Of a stretch of DNA of 64,000 nucleotides, positions 38,353-46,991 are shown piece by piece. The notes beneath the pieces are model-generated. The model had not been told where the DNA came from, ran no database searches, and worked only from the letters and a program-made list of their open reading frames with translations. Source of the stretch: an uncultured bacterium (lineage in GTDB: Bacteria; Planctomycetota; Phycisphaerae; Phycisphaerales; UBA1924); contig CAXBJM010000009.1 of assembly GCA_963976235.1 (NCBI GenBank), forward strand, positions 8,393 to 72,392, written 5' to 3'. The position numbers and the translations under genes are program-made. Numbering within the stretch: the first letter of the stretch is position 1; each line of letters opens with the position of its first letter.

Positions 38353-38366
38353 CTCTGTAATCCATT

Positions 38367-38696
38367 CTACCCATCGAGCATTGCAGCTGCGAGTTCTTCT
38401 TCGTTGGTTGCTTCTGCGTCTGTACTGTTATCTGGTCCCATCGCATCGATGCGATTTTTTGGATTGCCGATAAAGTTGAACTTGATCCCGAAGTTCTCCC
38501 CGACTTTGACTGCAGATCCTTGCCCGATTGGCTTGTTATTGATTCGGACCTCAAGGTCCTCCTCAGCTTCTTTCCCAAGCTCAAGAATCGACCCGGCAAC
38601 CCACCCTCGAATGTCATGAACAGTGATCGCTCGTTCCCCAAGCACAACAACGAGTGGGACTTCTAAAGACATTATTGTGCTGACATCAGTGTTCAT
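38367..38696 (-). CDS. FliN/SpoA-domain (flagellar motor switch/T3SS C-ring-like) protein
   Basis: VPLVVVLGERAITVHDIRGWVAGSILELGKEAEEDLEVRINNKPIGQGSAVKVGENFGIKF matches the FliN C-terminal/SpoA pattern. Start at 38696 or 38672. Confidence 0.6.
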   Translation of the reverse strand: MNTDVSTIMSLEVPLVVVLGERAITVHDIRGWVAGSILELGKEAEEDLEVRINNKPIGQGSAVKVGENFGIKFNFIGNPKNRIDAMGPDNSTDAEATNEEELAAAMLDG

Positions 38697-38847
38697 ACCA
38701 ACTCCATCGGCAGAATCTGCGCATGATTTCACGCGCAGATACATACATTCCATATAGAGTTCAGATACGCAACATTCGTGCCAGAATATCACCTCATCAG
38801 GGCAATCCTGAAGAGGTGGATATGGATGTTGGTGTGTTCAGAGCGGT

Positions 38848-40122
38848 TTAGCCTTCGTACTTTGAACAGATCAGCGTGACATTGTGCCCGCCGAACCCGA
38901 AGGTGTTGTTCATGACATGTTTCACAGGCATCTCACGAGCAGTGTTCGCGACGATATCGATCTTCTCGAATCCCTCGTCGAGATCTTCTATGTTGATCGT
39001 GGGGGGGACGAGTCCTTCTTGGATCGCACCAATACATGCAACAAGTTCAACAGCACCCGATGCGCCCAGGCAGTGTCCGTGCATCGATTTGGTTGAGTTC
39101 ATGACCAATCCATTGCCCGGTTTGGAATGATCTCCAAAGACAGAGCGAACCGCGAATACCTCTGCTTGATCACCCAGAGGGGTCGAAGTGCCATGGGCAT
39201 TGATGTAGTTGATATCGGTTGGATTGAGACCTGCATCTTCAAGTGCCCATCTCATTGAGTTACACGCTCCGCGTCCCTCGGCATGGGGCGCGGTGATGTG
39301 ACCCGCATCACAGGAGTTGCCAGTGCCAGATAGCACGGCGTAAATCGTTGCGCCGCGTGCCTTTGCGTGCTCTTCAGATTCAAGAACATACATCGCAGCA
39401 CCCTCAGAGAGGACAAATCCATCTCTTCCCGCATCAAACGGGCGTGAGGCCTTGGTTGGTTCATCATTGCGTGTGGAAAGCGCCTTCATCGTCATGAACG
39501 CACCGATACAGAGCGGGGTAACCGCTGCTTCACACCCGCCGGCGATCATCACATCAGTTTTTCCAGAGCGGATGTAGTTCATCGCGTCACCGATCGCGTG
39601 CCCAGATGATGCACATGCAGTTGCGTGTGCTGTCGCAGGTCCCTGCATGTTGTACTGGATTGCGATGTTACCGGTAGTTGCATTGACCATCAGCTTTGGG
39701 ACGGTGAATGGGCTAATCCGGGATGGTCCTTTTTGACTCATCGTCATGACCGCATGTTCGATGGCGTAGATACCACCAACACCAGATCCAACAATAACGC
39801 CGTGCCGTGTTGGATCACCAACGGTGTGGTCCCACCCAGAATGGTTCACCGCTTGGATAGCAGCGCTGAGTCCGAGTTGTGCGGATCGATCGAGTCTCTT
39901 TGCTTCTTTCTTTTCGATGACAGAAGCGGGGTCCCATCCCTTTGTCTGACCAGCAATCTTGACAGACCATCCGTCGTACTTATCGAACTCGGGGTTCTCG
40001 ATCAGTGATATACCGGACTTGCCAGAACGCATCGCGTCCCAGGTATCGTCAGCATTGTGTCCAAGGTTGGTTATAGCACTGAAGCCTGTGATCACGACAC
40101 GATGGTTTGGACTTTGGGACAT
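38848..40122 (-). CDS. fabF: 3-oxoacyl-ACP synthase II FabF
   Basis: RVVITG, ACASSGHAIGDA active-site cysteine, HGTSTPLGD, and GHCLGASG motifs. Confidence 0.92.
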   Translation of the reverse strand: MSQSPNHRVVITGFSAITNLGHNADDTWDAMRSGKSGISLIENPEFDKYDGWSVKIAGQTKGWDPASVIEKKEAKRLDRSAQLGLSAAIQAVNHSGWDHTVGDPTRHGVIVGSGVGGIYAIEHAVMTMSQKGPSRISPFTVPKLMVNATTGNIAIQYNMQGPATAHATACASSGHAIGDAMNYIRSGKTDVMIAGGCEAAVTPLCIGAFMTMKALSTRNDEPTKASRPFDAGRDGFVLSEGAAMYVLESEEHAKARGATIYAVLSGTGNSCDAGHITAPHAEGRGACNSMRWALEDAGLNPTDINYINAHGTSTPLGDQAEVFAVRSVFGDHSKPGNGLVMNSTKSMHGHCLGASGAVELVACIGAIQEGLVPPTINIEDLDEGFEKIDIVANTAREMPVKHVMNNTFGFGGHNVTLICSKYEG

Positions 40123-40227
40123 GGGGATACTCGATATGGTAAAAATATCAATTGTAGTAGAGGCATATATCAGAACGCCCCACCAGAATGCTCTGATGGG
40201 GTACTCATTTGATCTGCAAACACAGAT

Positions 40228-40476
40228 TTAGTCGACGCCGTTGGCCTGCTTGATGAACGCAACAGCTTGCCCGACGGTCTGAATTTTTTCAGCCTGATCG
40301 TCTGGGATTGATGTCTCGAACTCATCTTCAAACTCCATGACGAGTTCAACAGTGTCAAGACTGTCCGCGTTGAGGTCATCAACAAAGCTTGTATCGCTGG
40401 AGATTTTGGCTTTGTCAGCACCCATCTGTTCTGCGACGATGTCGATTACCTTTGCTTCAATTTCCTGTTCAGTCAC
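40228..40476 (-). CDS. acpP: acyl carrier protein
   Basis: [20 protein letters not shown] with the phosphopantetheine serine. GTG at 40476 sits 8 nt after GGAGA and gives an 82-aa ACP. The tracked ORF extends to 40524. Confidence 0.9.
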   Translation of the reverse strand: MTEQEIEAKVIDIVAEQMGADKAKISSDTSFVDDLNADSLDTVELVMEFEDEFETSIPDDQAEKIQTVGQAVAFIKQANGVD

Positions 40477-40590
40477 AGTGTCATCTCCAGATATAAGAGG
40501 GCTTTGCGAGCTTGGTCCGGGCAATCCGAACGATCAATCAGCTCTATCCCTTTTCAAGCTGATGATTCTAGCCTCTTTCAACGCGTTTGC

Positions 40591-40628
40591 CAAATCGGAC
40601 CCTCTGAGAACATCCAATGTCCGATTTG
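40591..40628. repeat. 10-bp perfect inverted repeat in the acpP upstream spacer
   Basis: CAAATCGGAC (40591-40600) and GTCCGATTTG (40619-40628), 18 nt apart, extendable by GCC/GGC with a 2-nt bulge. Lies about 115-150 nt upstream of the acpP start. Confidence 0.3.
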
Positions 40629-40834
40629 ATGGCTCAATCCTGCAGATACGGGGGATACCTGAGTTATCGACCGCGCCAGTCGGAATGTCCCGCCTAGGGG
40701 GTGAAGTCAAACAGGGGTATAGACCTTGTATCTCCCATCGGAGTCGAGCGAGGGTGTCGGTATGACGAATACTGGTGAGAAGCTCGCATAGTGTGGGTAA
40801 ATGGTCGCCCAGAAGGGCATGTGGAGGTCAGGAT

Positions 40835-41638
40835 ATGGGAGCAATGCCAAAGGAACCCGAGGCGTTTGCAGAGCAGGTCGCAAAGCTTATCGAGCAGATG
40901 CAGCCTGGTTTTCAGATCGATCGAGTCAACGCTCAGGAACTCTTAGTCAACGGCCGACGCCTTGATCTGGAAAACCTCTTCCGCATGGTTGCCCATGAAC
41001 CAAATCGCGGGACTGACATCGTGGAGCATTTCCTCGATCAACTCTTTGCGGGTGAACAGATGGAACTCGCAGAAGAATCATTCGATCAGGTAAAGGCGAG
41101 GGTCATGCCTCGTATCCAACCAACTTCGATCTTTGATCATCTCTCCCAAGAGTTGGTTGCTCATGTCCCGTTTGTCAATGACACGGTCATCGTATTCGTG
41201 CTTGATATGCCTCACATGACGGTAAGCATCACCACCGAACAGGTCATCAAGTGGGGCATTACGATTGATGAGCTCGAAGATGTTGCTCGTGAGAATCTTG
41301 ATATCTACGCACCCGAGCTTGAGATGCAGGTCATCGAATCCGCAGAAGGCGGCCGAGCGGTGATTGTTGCCGAGCAAGACGGGTACGACGCTGCTCGATT
41401 GTTGCTTGGTGATTTGCATATGAAACTCGCAGCCCAACTCGGACTCGATTTTTATGTCGCAACTCCCGCACGGGATATGTTCATCGCGTTGAGCTGCGAA
41501 CCGGTCGAGTTTGTTGATCGTTTGCGTGCACGCGTTGCCGAGGATTTCTCTCGCTTGCCTTACCCGATCACGCAGGATTTGTTCCTGGTGACTCAAGACG
41601 GTGTTGCAGGAACCACCTGGATGCGCGACGCAGCGTAA
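40835..41638 (+). CDS. hypothetical protein (possibly DUF1444/YtpQ-like)
   Basis: GGAGG precedes ATG 40835. 267 aa, cytoplasmic. The family assignment is only a weak impression. Confidence 0.5.
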   Translation: MGAMPKEPEAFAEQVAKLIEQMQPGFQIDRVNAQELLVNGRRLDLENLFRMVAHEPNRGTDIVEHFLDQLFAGEQMELAEESFDQVKARVMPRIQPTSIFDHLSQELVAHVPFVNDTVIVFVLDMPHMTVSITTEQVIKWGITIDELEDVARENLDIYAPELEMQVIESAEGGRAVIVAEQDGYDAARLLLGDLHMKLAAQLGLDFYVATPARDMFIALSCEPVEFVDRLRARVAEDFSRLPYPITQDLFLVTQDGVAGTTWMRDAA

Positions 41639-41663
41639 GCTCATCTCATGAATACCGAACCAC

Positions 41664-41692
41664 AATAACCGAGCAATGCTCGGTTATTTTTT
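41664..41692 (+). terminator. rho-independent terminator
   Basis: AATAACCGAGC-AAT-GCTCGGTTATT (11-bp stem) followed by TTTT. Overlaps the stop codon of the convergent FkbM-like gene. Confidence 0.6.
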
Positions 41693-42397
41693 ATCTGGGA
41701 CGAACACATAGTTCAGGAACGGGTCTTTGATCGTCGAGCGAAGTTCATCAAACCGATTCATCGGGGTGAGTGCTCGTTGGTGAAAGAAGTAAGCGTTGTA
41801 TCCAAGGGAATTGAGATCCGCAAAGAGTGCGGTTTCGTGGACCTGCGCATCATGGCATTCAATGAGCAGCGACGGGCGGTGTGTTTCGAGGGTTTTCATC
41901 CCACCTGCGATGACTTCATGTTCATGTCCTTCGACATCGCATTTAATGAATGCGATCTGCCCGCAGGGATTTTCTTCAAGGTAAGCATCAAGGGTTGTGA
42001 GCGGGATTGTGAGCGAATCGTTGACCCCTGGGATCGTTCGGCAAATCGAAGCGCCTCCAAGATGATTGAGGTTCCGATTGAGTGTTGCCGACCCGATTTC
42101 TGATGAAAGACCGGTCTTCGCAATCGTGAGGTTCTTCATTTTGAAAGCGTCTTTGACCATCTGAAGATGCTCGATCATCTCGGGTTGAGGTTCGAACCCG
42201 ATCACCTGACCATCACGCCCAACCTTTTTGTGCATCCAATAGCTATAAATACCGGTGTTGGCACCGATATCGAGTGTGGTTTTTCCTCGCAGATCTTGAG
42301 CGAGCATGAATTTGACCTCATCTCGTTCGGTATTGAGTCGATACCTCCAAGCGCGGTGGATCATGTGGGCGTATTCATAGATTCCGAGTTTGCTCAT
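41684..42397 (-). CDS. FkbM-family methyltransferase
   Basis: TLDIGANTGIYSYW SAM-binding motif and FIKCDVEGHE. M at 42397 is chosen because the longer ORF would overlap the divergent pabA/trpG start. Confidence 0.7.
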   Translation of the reverse strand: MSKLGIYEYAHMIHRAWRYRLNTERDEVKFMLAQDLRGKTTLDIGANTGIYSYWMHKKVGRDGQVIGFEPQPEMIEHLQMVKDAFKMKNLTIAKTGLSSEIGSATLNRNLNHLGGASICRTIPGVNDSLTIPLTTLDAYLEENPCGQIAFIKCDVEGHEHEVIAGGMKTLETHRPSLLIECHDAQVHETALFADLNSLGYNAYFFHQRALTPMNRFDELRSTIKDPFLNYVFVPDKK

Positions 42398-42443
42398 ATG
42401 GAGATGGTATAAGAACCGCAGCCGAGTGTATAGAGTTGTGCCC

Positions 42444-43097
42444 ATGATATTATTGATCGACAACTACGATTCATTCACCTGGAACCTTGTTCAAAGGCTC
42501 GGCGAGATCGATCCCTCCCTCGAACCGGACAAAGATCTTGTTGTAGTTCGTCATGACGCAATGACCCCTGATCAAGCGTGCGAACTCGATGACGGAAATG
42601 GTCCAACTCATGTAATTATCTCTCCGGGGCCTTGTACACCAAAAGAAGCAGGGGTATCGAGCGATATGATCGAACGGTTTGCGGGGCGCGTTCCGGTTCT
42701 GGGGGTTTGCCTTGGGCACCAGTGCATGGCAGACAGTAACGGCATGATCGTCGAGCGCCATCCGGTGCTCATGCATGGGAAGACCTCGACTATTGCACAT
42801 GACGGGCAGGGTCTCTTCGCGGGTGTGGAATCCCCAACAACAGTTGCTCGATATCACTCGCTGGTTGTCCGTAGAGAGAGTGTACCCAACCTTGAGATGA
42901 ACGCTGACGGCTGGGAAGTCTCCGCGTCATGCTATGACGAAATTGACGGTGAAGAAGTCGAGGTGGTCATGGGGTTGCGTCGAGTCTGGGCAGATTCTTC
43001 CAAAGCACCCCTCGAAGGGGTCCAGTTTCACCCCGAGAGCTTTATGACCCCTGCGGGGACTCAGATGCTTCGCAACTTTCTCAACATGACCAAGTGA
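42444..43097 (+). CDS. glutamine amidotransferase component II of anthranilate/aminodeoxychorismate synthase
   Basis: MILLIDNYDSFTWNLVQ, GVCLGHQ nucleophile and QFHPES. Confidence 0.85.
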   Translation: MILLIDNYDSFTWNLVQRLGEIDPSLEPDKDLVVVRHDAMTPDQACELDDGNGPTHVIISPGPCTPKEAGVSSDMIERFAGRVPVLGVCLGHQCMADSNGMIVERHPVLMHGKTSTIAHDGQGLFAGVESPTTVARYHSLVVRRESVPNLEMNADGWEVSASCYDEIDGEEVEVVMGLRRVWADSSKAPLEGVQFHPESFMTPAGTQMLRNFLNMTK

Positions 43098-43153
43098 GTT
43101 GATGAGGCACCGTTTCGATTGCCCAATGGTCATTGCCCTCTTATCATGATGGC

Positions 43154-43612
43154 ATGATCCATCCAGCACCAACAACTCAAATTGATCCGACACTCGCCAG
43201 AGGGACTATCGTCGAAGTGAACGATGCGACCGCGACCAAACCGGCGCAGGTCGTGCTGAGTTTTCCCAACAACAGTTATCGCGCAGCATTCGAGACCAAT
43301 GATGATCTCGGTGTCCTGCGTTCTCATCTCGGTGAGATGATCTTGGGTAGGATCTTTGCCACTGCTCGACGGATGGATCGCCCGTTGGCGGGGGGCAGAA
43401 GGCTCGACCCATGCTTTGGAACACCGACCCGTGTAATGGGCACCGTCATCGCAACAGATCCCGTTGCCAATGTGGTTGTTGTTGATGCAGGAGCACCAGT
43501 GATCCTGACATTGAGCGCCCCAGGACAACACGCAAAGGCATTCGCAGATGCAGAGTTCGTTGTATGCGATGTTGCACCCGGTGCAAGATTCTCCTTGGTG
43601 AGTTCGAACTGA
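43154..43612 (+). CDS. hypothetical protein
   Basis: 152-aa ORF from ATG 43154 (the tracked ORF starts with TTG at 43133). First gene of a tight co-directional four-gene array. No family recognised. Confidence 0.5.
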   Translation: MIHPAPTTQIDPTLARGTIVEVNDATATKPAQVVLSFPNNSYRAAFETNDDLGVLRSHLGEMILGRIFATARRMDRPLAGGRRLDPCFGTPTRVMGTVIATDPVANVVVVDAGAPVILTLSAPGQHAKAFADAEFVVCDVAPGARFSLVSSN

Positions 43613-43642
43613 TTTCATACACAGAATGAATGGAGTGATTGC

Positions 43643-44002
43643 ATGATTGTTGTCAATACTGAGATAGTTCCAGGTCGAGAGGTTGACCAGATATTGGGTC
43701 TCGTGCAAGGCAACACAGTGCGAGCGAAGAATGTTGGACGCGATATCGCTGCTGGATTCAAGAACATGGTCGGCGGGGAACTCAAGGGATACACCCAACT
43801 CCTCGTTGAATCCCGCAGACAAAGCACCGAACGCATGATCGCACAGGCAAACGAACTCGGCGCCAACGCGATTTTGAATGTCCGATTCACAACGAGCGCT
43901 GTCACCAACGGCGCAGCGGAGCTCTATGCCTACGGCACCGCGGTGACGCTCAAGCCGACGAGTCTTGGTATGATCGAAGACGCTGCACCAACTGGAGAAT
44001 GA
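43643..44002 (+). CDS. YbjQ/UPF0145 (DUF74) family protein
   Basis: MIVVNTEIVPGREVDQILGLVQGNTVRAKNVGRDIAAGFKNMVGGELKGYTQLL...ANAILNVRF is the canonical YbjQ pattern. Confidence 0.8.
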   Translation: MIVVNTEIVPGREVDQILGLVQGNTVRAKNVGRDIAAGFKNMVGGELKGYTQLLVESRRQSTERMIAQANELGANAILNVRFTTSAVTNGAAELYAYGTAVTLKPTSLGMIEDAAPTGE

Positions 44003-44003
44003 G

Positions 44004-44510
44004 ATGGAGCAGTTCCTCGTTTTGTTTATCCAGTTTGGATTTGGTATTGTCCTGCTTGGTCTTGGATTCGGTGTCGGAAGGTTCACCGAGAAAAGACATT
44101 TTAATCGACTCCATCAACGAGAATATATGTACAAAGGAGTGCTTGTGACCTCGCTCTCTACATTGCCTTACGCGGACCAACGAGTTGGAAGCACAATGGT
44201 CACCGGTGAATGCGTCATCGCGACGGATTACTTCAAGAGCTTCGTGACCAAACTCAAGAAGATCATCGGGGGTGAACTCCGCGCTTATCTGAGTTTGATG
44301 GATCGTGCACGCAGAGAATCCGTTGTTCGGCTCATCGAGCAAGCCCAGGAACAAGGGTTTGATGCGGTTTGTAATATCCGCTTTGTGTCCGCAGATGTTG
44401 GGGGATCAACCTCAAACCGGAAGGGTGCTGCGATGGTAGCGATTATCGCGTCAGGCACCGCATACAAGCGGAATATGAATACGGCGATTGATGAGCATGG
44501 GTCAGTTTGA
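44004..44510 (+). CDS. membrane-anchored YbjQ/UPF0145-like protein
   Basis: N-terminal TM (FLVLFIQFGFGIVLLGLGFGVG) followed by a YbjQ-like core (KKIIGGELRAYLSLMDRARRESV...FDAVCNIRF). Starts 1 nt after the previous stop. Confidence 0.7.
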   Translation: MEQFLVLFIQFGFGIVLLGLGFGVGRFTEKRHFNRLHQREYMYKGVLVTSLSTLPYADQRVGSTMVTGECVIATDYFKSFVTKLKKIIGGELRAYLSLMDRARRESVVRLIEQAQEQGFDAVCNIRFVSADVGGSTSNRKGAAMVAIIASGTAYKRNMNTAIDEHGSV

Positions 44511-45331
44511 TGGACCCTGATTCACCCAAACGCCGAAAATTCAAACTCAATGCACGGAATCAATCCGTTCATGCCGAACCGACAACTGCTGCGATGCGTG
44601 GACAACTCGATGCTCGAAAAGATGCAACAGTGTCCAAAGCACACCAGCGCATCGACAATGATCACTTGGGTGAATCGTTCAATGATGAAGCAGAACGGAG
44701 TGTGTTCGACGAACCCACATATTCCAAAGAACTCGGAGGCAACATCCCCGAGAATGCATTGACCTACAAGCGGTTTCTTGAAGAGAAACTCGAAACCATC
44801 TCGCCAATCGAGAGTTGGTTGTTTACCGGAGTCTTGGTGCTCTGCTCAGGAGTGTTCGCGGTCGTCGGTTCTTTTATGAGTAACTTCGCGAACATGGGAC
44901 TGAGTTCATCGGTTGAGTTTGTCGCTATCGCAGTCTTTGCGCCGGTGATCGAAGAGGTGATGAAAACCGCGTTGTTGCTCTGGGGTGTTGAACAGAAACC
45001 CTATTGGTTCAGATCCCCTACGCAGTTGATGATCGTGGGGGCGTGCTCAGGACTCATGTTCGCAGCGATCGAGAATCTGCTCTATCTCAATGTGTATATC
45101 GAAGACCCAAGCATCGGGATCATCCTCTGGCGATGGACTGTATGCGTTGGGTTGCACACCACGACGACAATGATCGCGACGATTGGGCTCGTCAAAATCT
45201 GGAGACGGGTGATGCAAACAGGAAAATTTGCAAGAGCAGAAATCGGCGCACGGTATCTTTTTTATGCCATTCTTTTGCACGCTATCTATAACGGGAGCTT
45301 GTACTTACTTGGTTTTCTGATCGCTTTTTAA
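44510..45331 (+). CDS. PrsW-family intramembrane protease-like protein
   Basis: APVIEEVMKTALL (E-E-x-x-K) and LLHAIYNG (H-x-x-x-N) motifs within about six TM helices. ~95-aa cytoplasmic N-terminal extension. Its ATG overlaps the previous TGA. Confidence 0.7.
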   Translation: MDPDSPKRRKFKLNARNQSVHAEPTTAAMRGQLDARKDATVSKAHQRIDNDHLGESFNDEAERSVFDEPTYSKELGGNIPENALTYKRFLEEKLETISPIESWLFTGVLVLCSGVFAVVGSFMSNFANMGLSSSVEFVAIAVFAPVIEEVMKTALLLWGVEQKPYWFRSPTQLMIVGACSGLMFAAIENLLYLNVYIEDPSIGIILWRWTVCVGLHTTTTMIATIGLVKIWRRVMQTGKFARAEIGARYLFYAILLHAIYNGSLYLLGFLIAF

Positions 45332-45475
45332 GAGTTTGGAAGGGTGTTGGTAGATCGGGTATTAATACTTAAAAGTCCTTGTCTAATGGGCATTTTTTAT
45401 CCATATTAACATTCAGGGAGATACCATCGACCCGTTCCGCACTGTGGGGGCACAAAGCTTTGGAGACTCTTACTG

Positions 45476-45982
45476 ATGCGCTACATTCGAAATTTTATTG
45501 TTCTCATGGTATTCGTTCTCGCTGTGACCCCCGGCCATGGAGAACTCCCTGAAAATCCGAATGATCTCAACACCAACGGCTTGTACACAACAGCTCAGAT
45601 TGAAGTGTTTACCGAGTTGTGGGCATACATCTATTTACCCGAGATGGGACTGTTCCCACTCGGAGATCTGGAGACTGAAGGATCTACTGGATGGATGGCA
45701 TTCAATTCATTTGGATTGCCATTATCTTCCTTCGAACCGGTAAGTATGGTCACGATCAACCCCACAAGAACCAACTTGGGTTTAGTGGTCCTCATGCCTG
45801 CGGAGAACTGTATCGGGGACTTCGATGGCGATGGTCAAGTCAACGCGGGCGATATCCTGCTGTTCTCACAGGCATATGTTGCTGGTGATCTTTCCGCGGA
45901 TCTCACAGGAGATGGCGAAGTGAACATCTGGGATCAGATATTTTTTCTACAACTCGTGTCGGTTGGGTGTATTACTTATTGA
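45476..45982 (+). CDS. secreted protein with GC-type dockerin-like C-terminus
   Basis: Signal peptide. Paired Ca-binding-like repeats DFDGDGQVNAGDILLF and DLTGDGEVNIWDQIFF, ending ...VSVGCITY. Preceded by a very AT-rich spacer. Confidence 0.6.
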   Translation: MRYIRNFIVLMVFVLAVTPGHGELPENPNDLNTNGLYTTAQIEVFTELWAYIYLPEMGLFPLGDLETEGSTGWMAFNSFGLPLSSFEPVSMVTINPTRTNLGLVVLMPAENCIGDFDGDGQVNAGDILLFSQAYVAGDLSADLTGDGEVNIWDQIFFLQLVSVGCITY

Positions 45983-45986
45983 TTGC

Positions 45987-46991
45987 TCAATCGATTCTCG
46001 GATCGATCCATTTGTAGAGCACATCCACAACAAGATTGAAGACAATGAGCATGGTCGCGAAGACCAAGACGACGCCGATGATCAGGAAGAGGTCTTTGTT
46101 CTGGACCGCATTGACGAAGTGTTCGCCCATTCCTGGGACGGTAAAGACCCGCTCAATGACGAAGGAACCGGTCATCGCCATCGCGGTTGCTGGGCCGAGG
46201 AAACTGAGCACCGGTAAAAACGCATTTTTGAGTGCATGCTTGAGCAACACCGAATACTCTGAAGCGCCCTTTGCTCGTGCAGTGCGGATGTAGTCGGCGC
46301 CCAACGCATCGATCATGCCCATCCGGGTCAATCGAGCGATGTACGCTGCGAACGGGAGAGAAAGTGTGAACGCGGGAAGCACAATGCTCTTCGGTGTTCC
46401 CCATTGGGCAATCGGAAACCATTCGAGCCAAAGCGAGAAGGTGAGTAGCATCACCGTCCCGATCACAAAGCTCGGCAGTGAGATTCCAATCATCGAGAGC
46501 GCAAGCGTTGCAATATCCGCCAATGAGTTGGGTTTGACCGCTCCGATCACCCCCGCGCCAATCCCGATAAAGAGTGCGATGAGAATCGCGGAAGCGCCAA
46601 GCGTTACTGAAACCGGGAGGGTGTCACGGATGATCTCGTTGACTGTCTGGTCGTCATACTTAAGCGATGGACCAAAGTCGAATATCGGCCGTGTAGGCAT
46701 GGGCACCCCTTCAAGGGATGCGAGTTCTTGCTCGCGTTGTATCTGACCAGAGAAGTAATCCTGTGCATACTTGATCCCTGTCGCACTGGTCAAGTATGAG
46801 GAGTAGAACCTTGGGAATGAATCAAGGTTGTACTGCTTATTCATCTGTTCGATAACTTCGGGTTTGGGTCTTTTTTCGGGGTTTTCGAGTGGGTTTCCAG
46901 GCACCGCCCATGCGAGGGTCAAGGTGATGGTATAAATCACAAGCAAGATGATCGGCAACGCGATGAGCCGACGCAAAATCAGTGTCATCAT
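45987..46991 (-). CDS. ABC transporter permease, OppB/DppB-like
   Basis: LILRRL N-terminus and the EAA-like motif YIRTARAKGASEYSVLLKHALKNA. Overlaps the binding-protein gene by 4 nt. Confidence 0.9.
   Translation of the reverse strand: MMTLILRRLIALPIILLVIYTITLTLAWAVPGNPLENPEKRPKPEVIEQMNKQYNLDSFPRFYSSYLTSATGIKYAQDYFSGQIQREQELASLEGVPMPTRPIFDFGPSLKYDDQTVNEIIRDTLPVSVTLGASAILIALFIGIGAGVIGAVKPNSLADIATLALSMIGISLPSFVIGTVMLLTFSLWLEWFPIAQWGTPKSIVLPAFTLSLPFAAYIARLTRMGMIDALGADYIRTARAKGASEYSVLLKHALKNAFLPVLSFLGPATAMAMTGSFVIERVFTVPGMGEHFVNAVQNKDLFLIIGVVLVFATMLIVFNLVVDVLYKWIDPRID

Noticed and set aside
41078-41665. 195-aa minus-strand ORF
   Set aside because: It is antisense to the 40835-41638 gene, which has a GGAGG RBS and is followed by a clean terminator. 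Its composition is Cys/His/Arg-rich.
43130-44086. 318-aa minus-strand ORF, the longest unannotated ORF in the window
   Set aside because: It is antisense to three + strand genes, two of which have clear YbjQ-family sequence. Its translation is Cys/His/Ser/Arg-rich with no recognisable motif. This is a typical shadow ORF.
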